Assembly: GCA_030141605.1 (NCBI GenBank)
Contig: JAQGDQ010000146.1
Location: 317,933-381,932 of the forward strand
Source of the DNA: Tubiluchus corallicola
Lineage: Eukaryota > Animalia > Priapulida
Direction: 5' to 3'
DNA: 64,000 nt
Shown: one piece after another, positions 52,777 to 64,000 of the stretch
Numbering within the stretch: the stretch's first letter is position 1
Layout: each line of letters begins with the position of its first letter
Made by a program: the position numbers and the translations under genes
Notes under the pieces: generated by a model
Seen by the model: only the letters and a program-made list of their open reading frames with translations
Told to the model about the DNA's origin: nothing
The model's database searches: none

Positions 52777-53566
52777 TAAGCCTATTCGCAGTATCGTTGT
52801 GCGCACTCGCAGTTGCTGTATGTCAAAGGTTAAGTGCAACGCAGTAACGCGTCTTAACTACAGGCGTCACGAGACGTGTAATGTAAAGCAAAGCCGTCTA
52901 TTGTATCAGTTCAGTAACTTGAGTTGTTTTACGTGGACTTTATTTAATTATGCATTAGTATGTGCGTTGAGTGATTTATTAGCAGGATATTGCTTGGGAA
53001 CAAAAAAAATGACCTAGGTAAAGGTTCTTTTTCAAAATCTCATTCCATCTATTGTAGGCATTGAGGTATCGATATTTATTAGAGTATTCCACCCACTTCT
53101 ATCTGCAGTTAACAGTGTAAGTTCTTCTACTCCTAAAGACAGATTTGGTTGAAGTTGTTGAACATCTTTATTTATCTTGGGTATCCAAGTTGTTTTTGGT
53201 TTGCCAGGTGGTTTTTTTTTTGCAAGATTTTTAGGCTTCCTTTAAGGCGATTCTTACTGGTACTTCACTTGGTAATCTTAGAAGATGTCCTAGCCATCTT
53301 AATCTTCAGATCTTGACTTTTGAACTCCAAGGAATTTCTTTCGTTCTAGTGTCTAAATCTTCAGTATTGGTTATGTATGGCCATCTTATCTTTAAAACTT
53401 TCCTTAGAAGACTTAGATATTGTTCCAGCTAGCTGTTAAAACTGCTACTATTACAGTAGCATGGACTGTGAGGAGTTGTCAAGTGTACACAAATGAGTTA
53501 TCTGGTACACTTAACCTTTGACCTTTTCACGACCATCATCAATCACTGGAACTATGAAAAGGCTTA
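52777..53566 (+). mobile_element. Family D MITE interrupted by a LINE fragment
   Basis: TAAGCCTATTCGCAGT ... AACTATGAAAAGGCTTA termini; consensus ggtaaggttc|tagctagctg is split at 53027/53422. Confidence 0.85.
53028..53421 (-). mobile_element. 5'-truncated RTE-clade LINE fragment
   Basis: Minus strand LKIRWPYITNTEDL..RTKEIPWSSKVKI*RLRWLGHLLRLPSEVPVRIAL.../PPGKPKTTWIPKINKD...ADRSGW matches the RTE ORF C-terminal signature (RLRWxGH, GRPxxTW, DR..W); contains stops and a frameshift. Confidence 0.85.
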
Positions 53567-53969
53567 TTTATTAGACGTATATTTGTACAATCCAGCACAC
53601 AGCATCTATGGAGAAGGTCTCTAAATAATAACTTAAATCAGTTAGGTGAGGTGAAAGCGTGCGTGAGTCAGTGTCGCCTAAGGGCTTCTAACGTGGTTTC
53701 CCTTTATTCCCATCATAGCAGACGTATATATGAGCTTAATAAATGATATCCGTTTTCATCTAATTAACCGGGATATCGCCTGATTTTGTAATAATTAGTG
53801 ACGGCGCACAATTTCCCCCCTTTTATTGTTAGAGATAATAATAAATTGATTGATTTTATAGAAGACTAATGTAACTGTCTAATTATTATAAGCAGTAATA
53901 ATGGAAAATACAATTTTTTTGTTCCTGAGGTTTCTATGATTTCTAATATTTTTCTTTCCCGTTTCGTTT

Positions 53970-54412
53970 CTTGTTGCACTGGAACTGAATTTTTCCCGGT
54001 TTTTCTTTGTCTTTCCATTGGGAATGCATTTTTAACGGTTTTTCTTTGTCTTTCCATTGGGGATGCATTTTTACCGGTTTTTCTTTGTCTTTCCATTGGG
54101 AATGCATTTTTACCGGTTTGCTTTCTCTTTGCACTGGGAATACATTTTTACCGGTTTTTATTTGTCTTTCCATTGGGAATACATTTTTACCGGTTTTTCT
54201 TTCTCTCTGCACTGGGAATGCATTTTTACCGGTGTTTCTTTCTCTCTGCACTGGACATGCATTTTTACCGGTTTTTCTTTCTCTTTGCATTGGAATGCAT
54301 TTTTACCGGTTTTTCTTTCTCTTTGCAACTGGAATGCATTTTACCGGTTTTTCTATCTCTTTGCAATTGGATTGCATTGTTACCGGTTTTTCTTTCTCTT
54401 TGCACTGGGAAT
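53970..54412. repeat. 38-39-bp minisatellite, ~11 copies
   Basis: Unit ttgcactgggaatgcatttttaccggtttttctttctct. Confidence 0.93.
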
Positions 54413-54926
54413 GAGAAACACTAGTCTCGACACTAATGAGAAACTGTTTTACAATTGCAAAGTCAGAGGGCAACATGTTGGTTTTATTTTATAAAAAAAT
54501 AACATCTACACCTTTCGTTTTTAGCGTCGAATACTTGCTTAGTGACAGGAATTCCCTTTTTTAAAATTAAGAAAAAAGAGCTAAAATAGCTAGTTTTACA
54601 AAGAGAAAAATGATTTATAAAGTCTAAATTACAATTAAAAACAACCATTTTGTCGTAGAGCATTAATTAACGCATGGTTATAAAACAAATGTTGACAAAT
54701 CGTTTCGAATAAGGCACACAGCTGTAAGTGAGACTGTGTAAGAGTTATCGTGTTTACCTGTGATTTAATTAAACGTGCGATTCGCTTACCTGCCGTGTAA
54801 TTTATTTATTTTCACACCATCAGCACCTATTAACGTTCGTACAAAATTAATGACAGTCTAGAGCTATTCTCTAATGAATAGTTTGCTGCAATTTCTAATA
54901 GGTAGTGTTATTGGTTAGAAATAAAT

Positions 54927-55260
54927 GTGGTGGTGCTGGAGGTAGTATTGGTGATGTTGTTGTTGTTAATTATGTTGACGATGGTGGTGGTGATGATGAT
55001 GGTGATGACGATGATGATGATGATAACGACGATGACAAGGACGACGACGATGACGATGATAATGACGATGGCGACGATGATGGTGATGATGATGATTATG
55101 GCGGTGATGGTGATGACGATAATGGCGATAATGGTGATGATGATGATCATGACGACGATTATGTAAACGAAGATAACGACTACGACGACAACGACAATGA
55201 TGGTGACGACAACGATGCTGACGATGTTGATGATGGAGATGATGACAGCTATGATAGTGA
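54927..55260. repeat. Degenerate (GAT/GAC/GGT)n trinucleotide tract
   Basis: Direct reading. Confidence 0.9.
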
Positions 55261-56157
55261 TTTATTTATTTGTTTTCATGTACTGGCTAAGATAAGCTGA
55301 CCACTTAAATAATGCAGGGATTTATTACTTCGCAATGTACATTGTGGAATTGTTAGTTAGCCCCTTAAACAATAACATTGAGTAAGAACATTGAGTAACA
55401 TTATTAACGATTGTTAAAATGATTTGTGTCAACTTTGTATTGATCAGAGTGCCAACGTTATAAATTAAGCGTGTTTTTCACAACAGCAATGCATTATGAT
55501 TATCTCTGCGTCAAGTTTTAACATTATGATGCAAAAGATTACCATACCATAAGTCATAATTGACTTGTCTGCTCTAGCTACTGTTTGTACAAATTTAGTC
55601 CGTAGTGTTACAAACAGCCCGTAGAATGTTCTCTATGAACGTAGAGTTAAATTGTATTGAAACTTACATCTTTAATATAAGAAATGTTGTTCTTTCTGTA
55701 TTAGTTTCTGGTGCTTTGTTGCAATATCATTGTGCTCTGTTTTTTGTGCGTCTGTTTTTCATTTCCTTCCAATGTGAGTAATTACTGACATGTTTTACTT
55801 TGTTCGTGGTGAATTCTTTCTTCAATATTCCTTGTCTTTCAAAGTGCTTTTTTCAAACTGTCCTTTTTCTTCGTCTTTATTTTTTCTTTTCTTATCATTT
55901 TTTCTTCATCTTTATGGCATTATTGCTTTAATTTTTTCCTGGCCATAACTCATCTAGAGCAATCTCAAACATGTGGATAGAAAAAAATGTACTGCCAGTC
56001 TCAGGTATCTGGCAAAAGACTTCTACAGGCAATACTAAGCGTCTTAACAAAGAAATACGTAGACAGTCTCAATCAGCTTGTCAGAGGACATATATTAATC
56101 TTGCCTGTATGTTGGACCTGTGCGCTTACAACATTTCTAAGCGTACATCGTTTTCCT

Positions 56158-56293
56158 TGGTTGTTCATTTCGCTCTACCTATCTTCTGATTCACCTACTC
56201 TAGAGGCGTTTTTCTACTTAACATCCCCGGGAGTTGAACCAGCAACCTCCCGGGTGGGAAGCGAGTACGTTACCATTGAGCTTCTTTGCTTGC
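56158..56293 (-). mobile_element. tRNA(Gly)-derived SINE head
   Basis: Minus strand agctcaatggtaacgtactcgcttcccacccgggaggttgctggttcaactcccgggg has an A box (agctcaatgg), a B box (ggttcaactcc) and an anticodon arm resembling tRNA-Gly(CCC). The acceptor stem is not intact. The downstream body is duplicated at 56351-56414. Confidence 0.6.
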
Positions 56294-57259
56294 TCTGTCA
56301 TAATCAACATTGTCCTAATCGTCCTTGCACGTTCGTCCACCGTGACCGTTCGTTGTTCATTTCACACTTCCCACCCACTGACTCACCCACTCTGGAGGCG
56401 TTTTTCTACTTAACTTCATCCTCTTTGTCTGTGCCTCTTTCTGCTTGCCATATTTTACTAATGGCTTTGCATTTGATCGTAAAGGAAATTAATAACAAAG
56501 CTTTACGGATGCTAGACCTCTCGACGCAAGAGGTGCTGTTAGCGCACCGTTACACAATACCTCCGCCCCCCTTTCCAGCTTTGCATCTGAATTCAGGTTA
56601 ATAGTACACGGTATTAATTCCTACCCATTCGTTAGCCTTGCATTATTGTTAAATCTTTTCACAGTTTGGCCCTTTCTATTTCTGTTCCGAGCAGCGCCAT
56701 CTGTGAATGGAAAATTATCAATTTTTTGTAATAATGGCAGTGCTAGCACCTCGATCCTGTGTAGCTTGTTTTACGAAGCATAAAGCATGAATTAATAATC
56801 TTGCCCTGACGTTGATGCTGTTAAACTATGAATAATTAAACACGGACAAACAAATCCGTAATGCTGTAATTAAGCCAGGCATTTAGTTATTTGCTTGAAA
56901 AATTTATTACAAAGTGCCGCACATACGATGCTCATCTAAACGGTGGCATATTTTCTCCTACGGGGGAGATACGGTACCTGTATGATTAACGTACTAGTAT
57001 CGCGTATTGGATTTGAAAACGTGTATGGTCTCAAATTTTGAAGCTTATGTCAGTTTCTGTGAAAATGAATATTGCTCTGTAATTATAAAAAAAACACAAG
57101 ACATATGTTCTTCTTTTATGCGTTTCAAGAAATTACTCTGTTGTTATAATTATTTTTCACTATAAAAACTCTTTTTTTTAGCAATTTGTAAGCTAAATAG
57201 TTGTCTTTTTTAGAAAATTTAATAATTTGCTGGCCTTGATTTGTTAGTAAATAAGTAAA

Positions 57260-57525
57260 CAATTGAATGAATGAATAACGAACGAAGAACGAACGATTGA
57301 ACCAACGAATAAATGAATGAACGAACGAACGAATGAAAGAACGAACGAACTAATGAATGAGTAAATTAATGAATGAATAATGAATGAAGGAACGAACAAA
57401 TAAATGAATGATTAAATGAACGAACGAACAAACGTAAGAAAGATTAAATTAATAAATGAGTGAACGAACGAACAAACAAACGAATGAATGAATAAGCGAA
57501 CGAATGAATAAAGAAATAAATGATG
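57260..57525. repeat. Degenerate (GAAT/GAAC)n tetranucleotide tract
   Basis: Direct reading. Confidence 0.9.
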
Positions 57526-57929
57526 ATTTGGAAGCTTTCTCTGCCTAAACAATATCTCACACATGCTTGAGATGTGCAGTACAACTAGTACTTAACTAAT
57601 GCAGTACAACTAGTTCTCTACTATGTTGTGCATTAATCACGGTTTAATTATTAATCACCTCTGAGCGGGGCGCCCTTGATGCAACAATTCTGCTTCAGTC
57701 CAAAGTTTTGACCCTGTTGGCTGAATAAGCGAAATGAAAAAGCAAGTTTTTATATTTTGTAAAGTCATCATTAAGTTTTCTGTGTTCGGTTATCTGTTCA
57801 CCTGCTATTTCAAGCTAAGAAATCTGATCTTCTGCTAATGTAAAGATGTTATATTTTATCAGACGATTTTATAAGTCAGCGAGGCTCTGTCAACTAATTG
57901 CCATACTATAGTACTCAAGTGTGAAATGC

Positions 57930-58588
57930 TTAGAGCACAAGAAAACCCTTCACTTACATAAAGTTTAACAAATTCGCCTTACTGCCTTTTTGCATGCAGG
58001 GCTTGCGTCGGCGGTAATGCTGTATAAAACTTGTAAATTTAAACTCCCGCGATGACCGTTAGGCGCTGCCATTTTGATGGTAGGTCGTTTTGAAACAAGT
58101 TTTGATAACATTGAGTAAAGTTTGAAAAAATAATCAGAGCATTCGTAGCACATAAGTCACTAAGTAAAATTTTAAATTACTGTATCTTGTCAATAACAGT
58201 AAAAATACATTTTTGGTTAGTGAGTGGCGCACCCTGGAGGGTGAGTCAGCGACATTTTACCAATTGGCACAAACATTTTAAATTATTGTTTCTAGTTACA
58301 TAAGTCTTTCCAGCATATAAGGGAAATGTTAAGTAATACAGATTTGCATGGAAAGTTTTTTGGGACATAGTTTAACATTTCCTTTTCTTTCCCTGATTTA
58401 CGTTGTGCGTATATGACGTCATGTAATGGCGCGGTCGGAACAGTATTGTATGAGATCTAAAATGAAAACTAACAAAAATTCCCTTTTATCGTGAGTACGA
58501 TACGTGCATAAAATTGCTGTAAAGTAATATAATTTTTTAAGCAATTTTTCTGAAACCTACTTCAGGTGCCTCTTTTCTTGTCTTTTAA
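57930..58588 (+). mobile_element. Kolobok-like MITE family E (~660 bp)
   Basis: TTAG-AGCACAAGAAAACC ... CTCTTTTCTTGTCTT-TTAA; full-length inverted homologue at 63108-63763. Confidence 0.82.
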
Positions 58589-58675
58589 AATTTCTGATAT
58601 GATGTATCGCAACTACCTTTTGTCAAGCTTTTCTGTAGGCGTTTGAACTAAGGCGCCATTAACAAACCATAGACT

Positions 58676-59114
58676 CAGGGCTGGATTACCCTATAGGCTA
58701 GCATAGGCTACAACCTATGGCCCTCAGTCTTCGGGGACGCTAAACGTGAGGGGCCTGCTAAGAGACCTGCAAATATATTTTCGTTCTTTAAAAAATGAGG
58801 ATAATATTTTAATATTTTACATTGCTGAATAATTCATTTAACTTAAAATAAAATTTCAACTTTAGAAAAGAAGACCTGGGAGTCTGAAAATTAATTTTAA
58901 AAAAGTGGCCCAGTTTGTGATCTCTTACTTGAGATAAAAGGTTCGCGTTTGAGGTCATTTATATGCCCAGTTTCAAGCCCTATTTGTAAATCATGGGGCT
59001 TCGTGCGTGTTTATTTATAATCTTACTCAACTTGCGGGGGGGGGGTAATTAGAGGGTGGATCCCTGAGAGGGGCCCACAATTTCCGTAGACCAAAAGCTC
59101 ACAATCCGGCTCTC
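58676..59114. mobile_element. hAT-like MITE
   Basis: CAGGGCTGGATT ... AATCCGGCTCTC imperfect TIR; subterminal (g)ggccc motifs. Confidence 0.55.
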
Positions 59115-59398
59115 CAACAGACTAGAGATATAGTAAAGAAAAAAAGCAGCATCATTTTCCCATTGAAGCATTCAAAGTGTACAGTAGAATCGATTCATAT
59201 AAAACTGTACGCGACATTGTGATGATAACTGTCATTCTCTCCACTGTAATGGCTAGTTTAAGCTACTTACAGCATGAAATCTTTAAAAAGCTTAAAGAAC
59301 GTTCGTGAATTCCCTAGACGCCTCCTGACTCAGGTGCCTTTGTTAATGCAGAGTTGATAGAAATCGGGTAGGATTCTTACGCACGGCGATCATAAGAA

Positions 59399-59779
59399 TA
59401 GGCCTTTTCACAGTTTCGTTGTGCGCATGCGCGGTTGCTGTAGGTCAAAGGTTAAGCGCACCATAGCAGCGTTTCTTAATGACAACTGTCACGTGGCGTG
59501 TGGGTAAAGCAAAGCCGTCTGCCGCATCAGTTCAGTTTTTTACGTGGATTTTACTTAATTATGCATTAGTCTGTGCGTAGAGTGATTTACTAGCAGGATC
59601 TCGCTTGGGAACAAGAAAAAATGAGCTAAGTAAGGTTCTAGTTAGCTGTTAAAACTGTTACTATTACAATAGATTGGGCTGCGAGGCGTTGTTAAGTGTA
59701 CACAAATGCGTTGTCTGGCGCACTTAACATTTAACCTTTTCACGATCATCACCAATCGCTAGAAATGTCAGGTGGCTTA
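59399..59779 (+). mobile_element. Harbinger-like MITE family D, full length
   Basis: TAGGCCTTTTCACAGTTTCGTTGTGCGC ... GGCTTA. Confidence 0.82.
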
Positions 59780-59914
59780 TTTCGTGAACATGCGCATCTA
59801 GATTTGGCTAGTAGGTATCGAATCACGAAAGTTCCATGTCATAATGTGACATATAGTGTCAGTAAAAACAAACTGCCCGAGACAAATCTCAAAAATATCA
59901 TAGAAATTCAAATG

Positions 59915-60122
59915 TTTTCTTTTCCACCTCTCTCTCTCTTTCCTTCTTTTATCGTTTTGTTCTTCCTTCTTCCAGTTTTCTTCCTTTCTTTTTTTCTTCT
60001 TTTCGTTTTTTTCTTTTTCCCTTCTTTTTTCTTTCGTTGCTTTCTTCCTTCTTCCTTCCCTCACTCCCTTCCTTCTTTCCTTCTTCTTTCTTACCTTCTT
60101 TCTTTCCTCCTTCCCTTCCTTC
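59915..60122. repeat. Polypyrimidine low-complexity tract
   Basis: (CTT/CCTT/TTTC)n. Confidence 0.85.
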
Positions 60123-60345
60123 AGCATAGTGACTGCATCGGTTCATATGGCAGCTTCACATTTGCCGGAAGGCGCAACTTAATGCAGCAAATATAAAAAT
60201 CCCTCATAAGATAATCGTATTTAACTTGTAATAATACAGCTTGCAAAAATGTTTGGTTAGACAGTGTAAACAGAATGAGACTATCATTAAACACAATGAC
60301 TGAACAAGACTCTTCAAGTGCAAAGATCGTATAGTTTTAAGTAGC

Positions 60346-61117
60346 CACACTTGACACATGTACGACGGTTTGTCAAGAGCAAATGTCACACTTGACTCAT
60401 GTAAGACGGTTTGTCAAGGACAAATGTCACACTTGGCACATGCAAGACAGTTTGTCAAGGGCAAATGTCACACTTGACTCATGTAAGACGGTTTCTCAAG
60501 GACAAATGCCATACTTGACACATGTAAGACGGTTTGTCAAGGACATGTGTAACGCTTGACACATGCAAGACGGTTTGTCAAGAGCAAATGTCACACTTGA
60601 TACATACAAGACGGTTTGTCAAGGGTAACTGTCACGCTTGACACAAGCAAGATGGTTTGTCAAGGGCAAATGTCACGCTTGACACAAGCAAGACGGTTTG
60701 CCAAGAGCAAATGTCACGCTTCACACAAGTAAGATGGTTTGTCAAGGGCAAAATGTCACGCTTGACACATGCAAGATGGTTTGTCAAGACCAACTGTCAC
60801 GCTTGACAGATGCAAGATGGTTTGTCAAGGGTAACGGTCTCACTTGACACAAATAAGACGGTTGTCAAGGACAAATGTTACACTTGACACATGTAAGACG
60901 GTTTGTCAAGGGCAAATGTCACGCTTGACACAAGCAAGACGGTTTGCCAAGGGCAAATGTCACGCTTGACAGATGCAAGATGGTTTGTCAAGGGTAACGG
61001 TCACACTTGACACAAATAAGACGGTTGTCAAGGACAAATGTTACACTTGACACATGTAAGACGGTTTGTCAAGGGCAAATGTCACACTTGACACATGCAA
61101 GAAGTTTGGTTTGTCAA
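60346..61117. repeat. 41-bp minisatellite with internal inverted repeat, ~18 copies
   Basis: Unit cacttgacacatgtaagacggtttgtcaagggcaaatgtca; CTTGACA...TGTCAAG. Confidence 0.95.
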
Positions 61118-61919
61118 ATGTGAAACATGAGGCAATTACGAATGAGAGATAACTCTGATATGCACAAATTGATGAACCTATATAAACTAAACAAGAAACT
61201 ATTTTACACTAATGTAAGTCATTGTAAGCCTTGTTACACCATTTGTAAGTCAGGAATGGTATAGAAACCACTTAAATATCTTTATTCTGTGAGATACGTC
61301 TAGCAAATTTCCAACAAATGGTCAATAATGATGAGTAAAGGTGACTCAGTGTAAAGAATTCTGATTACCAAGCAAAGAGAGAATTTAATAGTATTAATAA
61401 AAGACGCCATTATTTTCTTCGCCGGATGAAAGCAGACAGCCTTGGGGTTCATCTAGTTAGCGTCTCTATTGAATTCTAGTTAGTCGCCTCTATTCACAGC
61501 TCAGGTAAGAAAAGTCGATAAATTATTTACGCTTAAACTTTCGATATGGCGCTAACCCAAAGAGGAAGAAGCGAAAGAGGATTCTCGGGAGGCTTTTAGC
61601 GGATCAATTTTCCCTCGTGAAAACTTAACAGCTTCTTTCAGAACGTGTTAAAGTTGAACCATAAAGAACAAAGGAGGTGTATAGACAATTTAACTCCGTG
61701 TTTAGGAAATAAGTAAACGGAACAGGGTCATGCAAAAACTGAGCTACTTGATGAAATGCATTGTGGGAAATTTTTTGCAATGTTTGCGTTACGTGCAAAT
61801 TCTTATTTACAATGTGCAGTAATGTTTCTTACAGTATAAGGTAACATGCGGGATCAGTGTAAATATTTTCGTATCAAACCTCAGAGATCAAGTAGCCAAT
61901 GAGGATGGTAAAGCCACAA

Positions 61920-62160
61920 TAAAGCTTTTCACAGTTTCGTCGTGCGCACGCGCAGTTGCTAACTTGCTGTAGGTCAAAGGTTAAGTGTACCACAGCAACG
62001 CGTCTTGACTACAATCGTTATGTGGCATGTGGATAACGCAAAGCATTAGTTCAGTAACTTCGGTTGTTTTATGTGGAGTTTAGTTATTTATGGATTAGTC
62101 TGCGCAGGATATTGCTTGAGAACAAGAAAAAATGAACTTGGTAAGATTTTAGCTGGTTGT
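61920..62160 (+). mobile_element. Family D copy truncated by a family B fragment
   Basis: cttttcacagtttcgtcgtgcgcacgcgcagttgc...; homology stops at ~62160. Confidence 0.78.
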
Positions 62161-62165
62161 TGACA

Positions 62166-62369
62166 GGGTGCTACTTTTCTTCAAGACGAGTGACGTCATT
62201 GAAAGAAGAATAAGCATTGAAAATAGGAGCGCCCAAGCATGAAGTGATCGCGACTTTAAAGTGATTTTACTAATCACATGGGGCGCTTATTGCAATTTTA
62301 TTACTAAATCCTTCTAACATTTTTCGCGCACATTGAAATAAGCCCTAGAAGGCTTGACTTTTCCTTTAA
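62166..62369 (-). mobile_element. Family B partial copy
   Basis: ctacttttcttcaagacgagtgacgtcattg ... cttgacttttcct-TTAA. Confidence 0.8.
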
Positions 62370-62739
62370 ATTACCTAGAAATTCATTCTCTTCGTGCAAA
62401 AGTGTATATTGCACTTTTATATATATATATTTTTCACATATGTCGCCTATTTTAATGTATGAACAATAGGTTTTGTACGAAAGAAGTTCACAGTAAGTCT
62501 TGTAAATAACTCTGAGATGTGGATATTATACCGGGTTACACTATTTGCACAATTATCGATGAGCATGTATGGGTGTCTGCCATTGTTTGATATTGGAGAG
62601 ATCGATGGAACATTGATTTCATCGTCGAGGCCTGAGAGTGGGTATCAATAATTTAAAGAGAGTTGTTGAACATTAGTCCCTCTTTACCCGTGCCCATGTA
62701 TTATAAACACGACATCTTACTAATCTAAGAATTCCGGCC

Positions 62740-62815
62740 TTAAAGGATAAGAAAGGGGGTATCTGAAGTAGGTTTCAGAAAAATCGCCTTAAAAAATTCC
62801 ATTACTTTATTCTAA
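62740..62815 (-). mobile_element. Family E-related terminal fragment
   Basis: TTAA-AGGATAAGAAAGGGGGTATCTGAAGTAGGTTTCAGAAAAAT resembles the E terminus at 63108. Confidence 0.55.
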
Positions 62816-63107
62816 GAAAGTAAAATTTTGATCACATTTCAATATATTTTCGAATTTTTAAGACCCTTCATAATGCTATAATTATGTTCTAAAACTGATC
62901 ACTGTTTTCCTTTATAATCCACAAAGTGACTAAATAATAATAAAATGCGTCGACATTTAAGTCTGATGTTGGACGCGAAGCTGAAGACAATTTCACTGAT
63001 AAGACGCTGGAGTTACAAATTAAAGCTTAGAGTATTTAAATCTGAATGAGACTCACGGTCAGAGCTGAACCAGGTGCATAACTGCTCTAGATTAAACAGA
63101 GAATCAT

Positions 63108-63763
63108 TTAAAGAACAAGAAAAGAGGCACCTGAAGTGGATTTCAGAAAAATTGCCTTGAAGAATTATATTACTTAGCACAGCATTACTATTATTACACA
63201 GCATTTTTATGTGTGTATCGTACTTTGTTTGTTTTCATTTTAAATCTCCTGCAAAACTGTTCCGACCGCGCCATCACATGACGTCATATACACACAATGT
63301 AAATCAGAAAAAGAAAAGGAAATGTTAAATTAGGTCTCAAAAACTTTCCATGCAAAGTTTCGCTTACCTGCTTGAAAGACTTATGTAACTAGAAAGGAAA
63401 ACTAGTAATTATTTGAAATATTTTCACCTATTGGTAAAATATCATTGATTCACCTCCAGGGTGCACCACCCTCTAACCAAAAAACGTATTTTTAATCTTA
63501 TTGACAAGTTACTGACGTGTGCGCTACGAATGCTCTCGTTATTTTTTCAAACTTTACTCAATATTATCTAAATTTGTTTCAAACGGCTTATCGTCAAAAT
63601 GGCTGTGTCTAACGGTCATCGCGGGAGTTTAAATTTACAAGTTTTATACATCGTTACTGCCGGCGCAAGCCGTGAATGTAAAAAGGCAGATATGTAAGTG
63701 ATATAAAATTTCAAGACGAATTTTCTAAGCTTTATGTAAATGGAGGGTTTTCTTGTGCTTTAA
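63108..63763 (-). mobile_element. Kolobok-like MITE family E, full length
   Basis: TTAA-AGAACAAGAAAAGAGG ... GGGTTTTCTTGTGCT-TTAA. Confidence 0.85.
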
Positions 63764-64000
63764 GGCTGTGCCTTTACCGCCCCCTAGTTTACTCATTTTA
63801 TGTCCTTCTCTTGCGGATGGCTATGATGATGATGCAACTGCACTTTAGTGGCAGTCATGATGATGATGCAACTGCACTTTAGTGTCAACGATATCGACAC
63901 TTATAATCATCATCTCTCGGCAGCTTCGTCTTGGGAATTCTCTCACTGTGAAGATAATGCGTTTAGGATGTACTTTCGCTCTGTAAAATATCGTCAATTA

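Noticed and set aside
54905-55300. Asp-rich 131-aa ORF resembling an acidic biomineralisation protein
   Set aside because: Degenerate GAT/GAC microsatellite open in several frames; no signal peptide, ATG start or convincing splice sites. Cannot be fully excluded without RNA data.
60346-61117. TTGACA as a bacterial -35 promoter array
   Set aside because: Eukaryotic DNA and no correctly spaced -10 elements.

Overview
AT-rich metazoan (probably marine invertebrate) genomic DNA with spliceosomal introns; not prokaryotic. The only protein-coding gene I can support is the 3' half of a GH3-domain (GHDC-like, acyl-acid amido synthetase family) gene on the + strand. It has six phase-compatible exons between 1412 and 10474, totalling 936 nt (311 aa + stop), with YSSTEG, YRFGD and QVKIPR motifs. 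Its introns carry three minisatellites. One is a 21-copy 77-bp array made from the exon end plus its own splice donor. The remaining ~53 kb has no recognisable host coding sequence. It is a mosaic of non-autonomous DNA transposons (at least four TTAA-AG/Kolobok-like families, plus piggyBac-, Harbinger-, Tc1/mariner- and hAT-like MITEs), four decayed LINE 3' fragments, a tRNA-derived SINE, a degenerate TTAGGG tract and many compound micro/minisatellites. One LINE fragment has spawned its own minisatellite. All long ORFs in the supplied track are simple-repeat artefacts. All family assignments come from reading termini and motifs by eye; no database search was run.
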